Assembly: GCF_000392435.1 (NCBI RefSeq)
Contig: NC_021219.1
Coordinates: 720,001-752,000, forward strand
Length of the DNA: 32,000 bases
Origin: Candidatus Saccharimonas aalborgensis
Lineage (GTDB): Bacteria > Patescibacteriota > Saccharimonadia > Saccharimonadales > Saccharimonadaceae
Reading direction: 5' to 3'
Part shown: piece by piece, positions 31,032-32,000 of the stretch
How positions within the stretch are numbered: the first letter of the stretch is position 1
How the letters are laid out: each line of letters opens with the position of its first letter
Translations under genes and position numbers: made by a program
Notes under the pieces: model-generated
What the model was told of the DNA's origin: nothing
Database searches by the model: none
Seen by the model: the letters and a program-made list of their open reading frames with translations, nothing else

Positions 31032-31086
31032 CCAGAGACTACAGTCTGATATACTGTACCTAGTAATTAACTAGTGGGACTACTTG

Positions 31087-32000
31087 ATGGCGACATTGAA
31101 GGAATTGCGCGATGAGCGCCTACGAAAATTAGATGATCTAAAAAAGCTAGGAGTCAACGCCTATCCTGCTGAGTCGGCGCGCACTCATACATGCCGCGAG
31201 GTAGCAGAACAGTTTGAGTCGCTCGAAGGCCAGACGGTCAAGGTCGTTGGTCGTTTGATCGGAACACGCAAATTTGGCAAACTGGCCTTTCTCGTGCTGC
31301 GTGATATGAGCGGCCAGGTGCAGCTATTTCTCAAAGCAGATACTATCGAACCACTCAATGCACCACTATCGCAGCTGGGCATGGATGAGTTAAACCTGCT
31401 AGATCCAGGTGATTTCGTCGAAGCAGAAGGAGTCGTTATCCGCACACAGACGGGTGAAGTGAGTGTCGATGTACGGAAATTTCGTCTTCTCACGAAATCA
31501 CTGCGACCGATGCCAACTGAGCAAGAGGGGTTTCGTGACAAAGAAGAGCGTTTTCGTCGTCGCTACGTCGACATGAACGTCAACCGCGACGTCCGTGAAC
31601 GATTTGTTCGCCGAAGTAAGTTTTGGCAGGCGACACGTAAGTTCCTCGATGATCATGGATTCTATGAGGTAAATGTTCCAGTCCTCGAGCATACGACGGG
31701 TGGAGCTGATGCAACGCCGTTTGTGACTCACATGGATGCGCTTGATCAGGATTTCTACTTACGGATTAGTCACGAACTTCCGCTCAAGCGGCTCCTCGGA
31801 GCTGGGTTCGAAAAAGTGTATGATGTTGGGCCGCGCTTCCGCAACGAGAATTATACTGATGAGCATCTGCCCGAGCACATTGCGATGGAATGGTACTGGG
31901 CGTATGCCAACTGGCAGGACGGCATGAAGTTCATGGAAGAGATGTATCGCTATGTTTTGTCAGAAACCTTTGGCACGTTGCAATTTGATATTCAGGGCAA
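31087..32000 (+). CDS. lysS: lysyl-tRNA synthetase, class II (3' end outside window)
   Basis: The frame is open from ATG 31087 to the window end and is not in the ORF track because it has no stop. It has an OB-fold anticodon-binding region (VKVVGRLIGTRKFGKLAFLVLRDMSGQVQLF), RFRRRYVDM, and class II motifs FYLRISHELPLKRLL and VYDVGPRFRNE. TGaTATACT lies at 31047-31055. Confidence 0.92.
   Translation, partial: MATLKELRDERLRKLDDLKKLGVNAYPAESARTHTCREVAEQFESLEGQTVKVVGRLIGTRKFGKLAFLVLRDMSGQVQLFLKADTIEPLNAPLSQLGMDELNLLDPGDFVEAEGVVIRTQTGEVSVDVRKFRLLTKSLRPMPTEQEGFRDKEERFRRRYVDMNVNRDVRERFVRRSKFWQATRKFLDDHGFYEVNVPVLEHTTGGADATPFVTHMDALDQDFYLRISHELPLKRLLGAGFEKVYDVGPRFRNENYTDEHLPEHIAMEWYWAYANWQDGMKFMEEMYRYVLSETFGTLQFDIQG

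Noticed and set aside
29570-31078. Shared 8-mer tagtggga in both flanks of the MPE gene (29570-29577 and about 31071-31078), considered as possible att-like direct repeats
   Set aside because: The match is only 8 nt, and the left copy is part of the greA terminator stem. The chance occurrence between two short intergenic regions is not negligible, and there is no integrase or other mobile-element hallmark.
1-32000. Alternative genetic code (UGA recoding, as in some Patescibacteria), CRISPR arrays, tRNA/rRNA genes and transposase/integrase genes
   Set aside because: TGA terminates several well-aligned genes at the expected length, and no conserved gene needs an in-frame TGA. By eye I saw no spaced direct repeats, no tRNA cloverleaf signatures (the GGTTCGAA-like strings at 7190 and 31807 are inside ileS and lysS) and no DDE or tyrosine-recombinase-like ORFs. 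The eye scan is not exhaustive.

Overview
Densely coding bacterial chromosome segment that uses the standard genetic code: TGA serves as a stop for nrdR, the galU-like gene, rseP, prmC and the 568-aa ORF. About 36 genes sit on both strands, and nearly all are housekeeping. They are, in order: adk(partial)-map, ftsA-ftsZ, nrdR, a thioredoxin-fold/VKOR/DoxX membrane thiol-redox group, a T-box-controlled ileS, rhodanese, a galU-like gene, rplU, a PIG-V-like GT-C glycosyltransferase, parA-parB, lepB, an LCP (LytR-CpsA-Psr) protein, prmC, prfA-rpmE, rpsB-tsf-X-frr-uppS-rseP-CPBP protease, proB-proS, greA and lysS (partial). Several features suggest a reduced genome, plausibly Patescibacteria/Saccharibacteria-like. 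This is inference only, since no search could be run. The features are: eroded classical operons (no pyrH between tsf and frr, no cdsA after uppS, no rpmA after rplU), trimmed proteins (ProRS without the INS domain, ProB without PUA, short EF-Ts) and Zn-free variants (Cys-less NrdR, type-B L31). No rRNA, tRNA, CRISPR array or recognisable transposase/integrase was seen. Three unexplained units interrupt the conserved housekeeping synteny. (1) 19458-21650 is the best candidate for a novel system: a self-contained two-gene cassette between rpmE and rpsB, encoding a 568-aa protein with a CHAT/caspase-like C-terminal His-Cys domain and a translationally coupled 145-aa acidic partner. (2) 23101-23805 is a 234-aa orphan protein sitting where pyrH is normally found. 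(3) 29626-31031 is an independently transcribed 427-aa metallophosphoesterase-like protein with an unknown 125-aa N-terminal region, inserted between greA and lysS. Other notable signals are a NrdR lacking all four zinc-ribbon cysteines, an Ile T-box leader with an unresolved expression platform, and a recurring TGnTATAAT extended -10 promoter that in several cases sits so close to the start codon that the mRNAs are probably leaderless.
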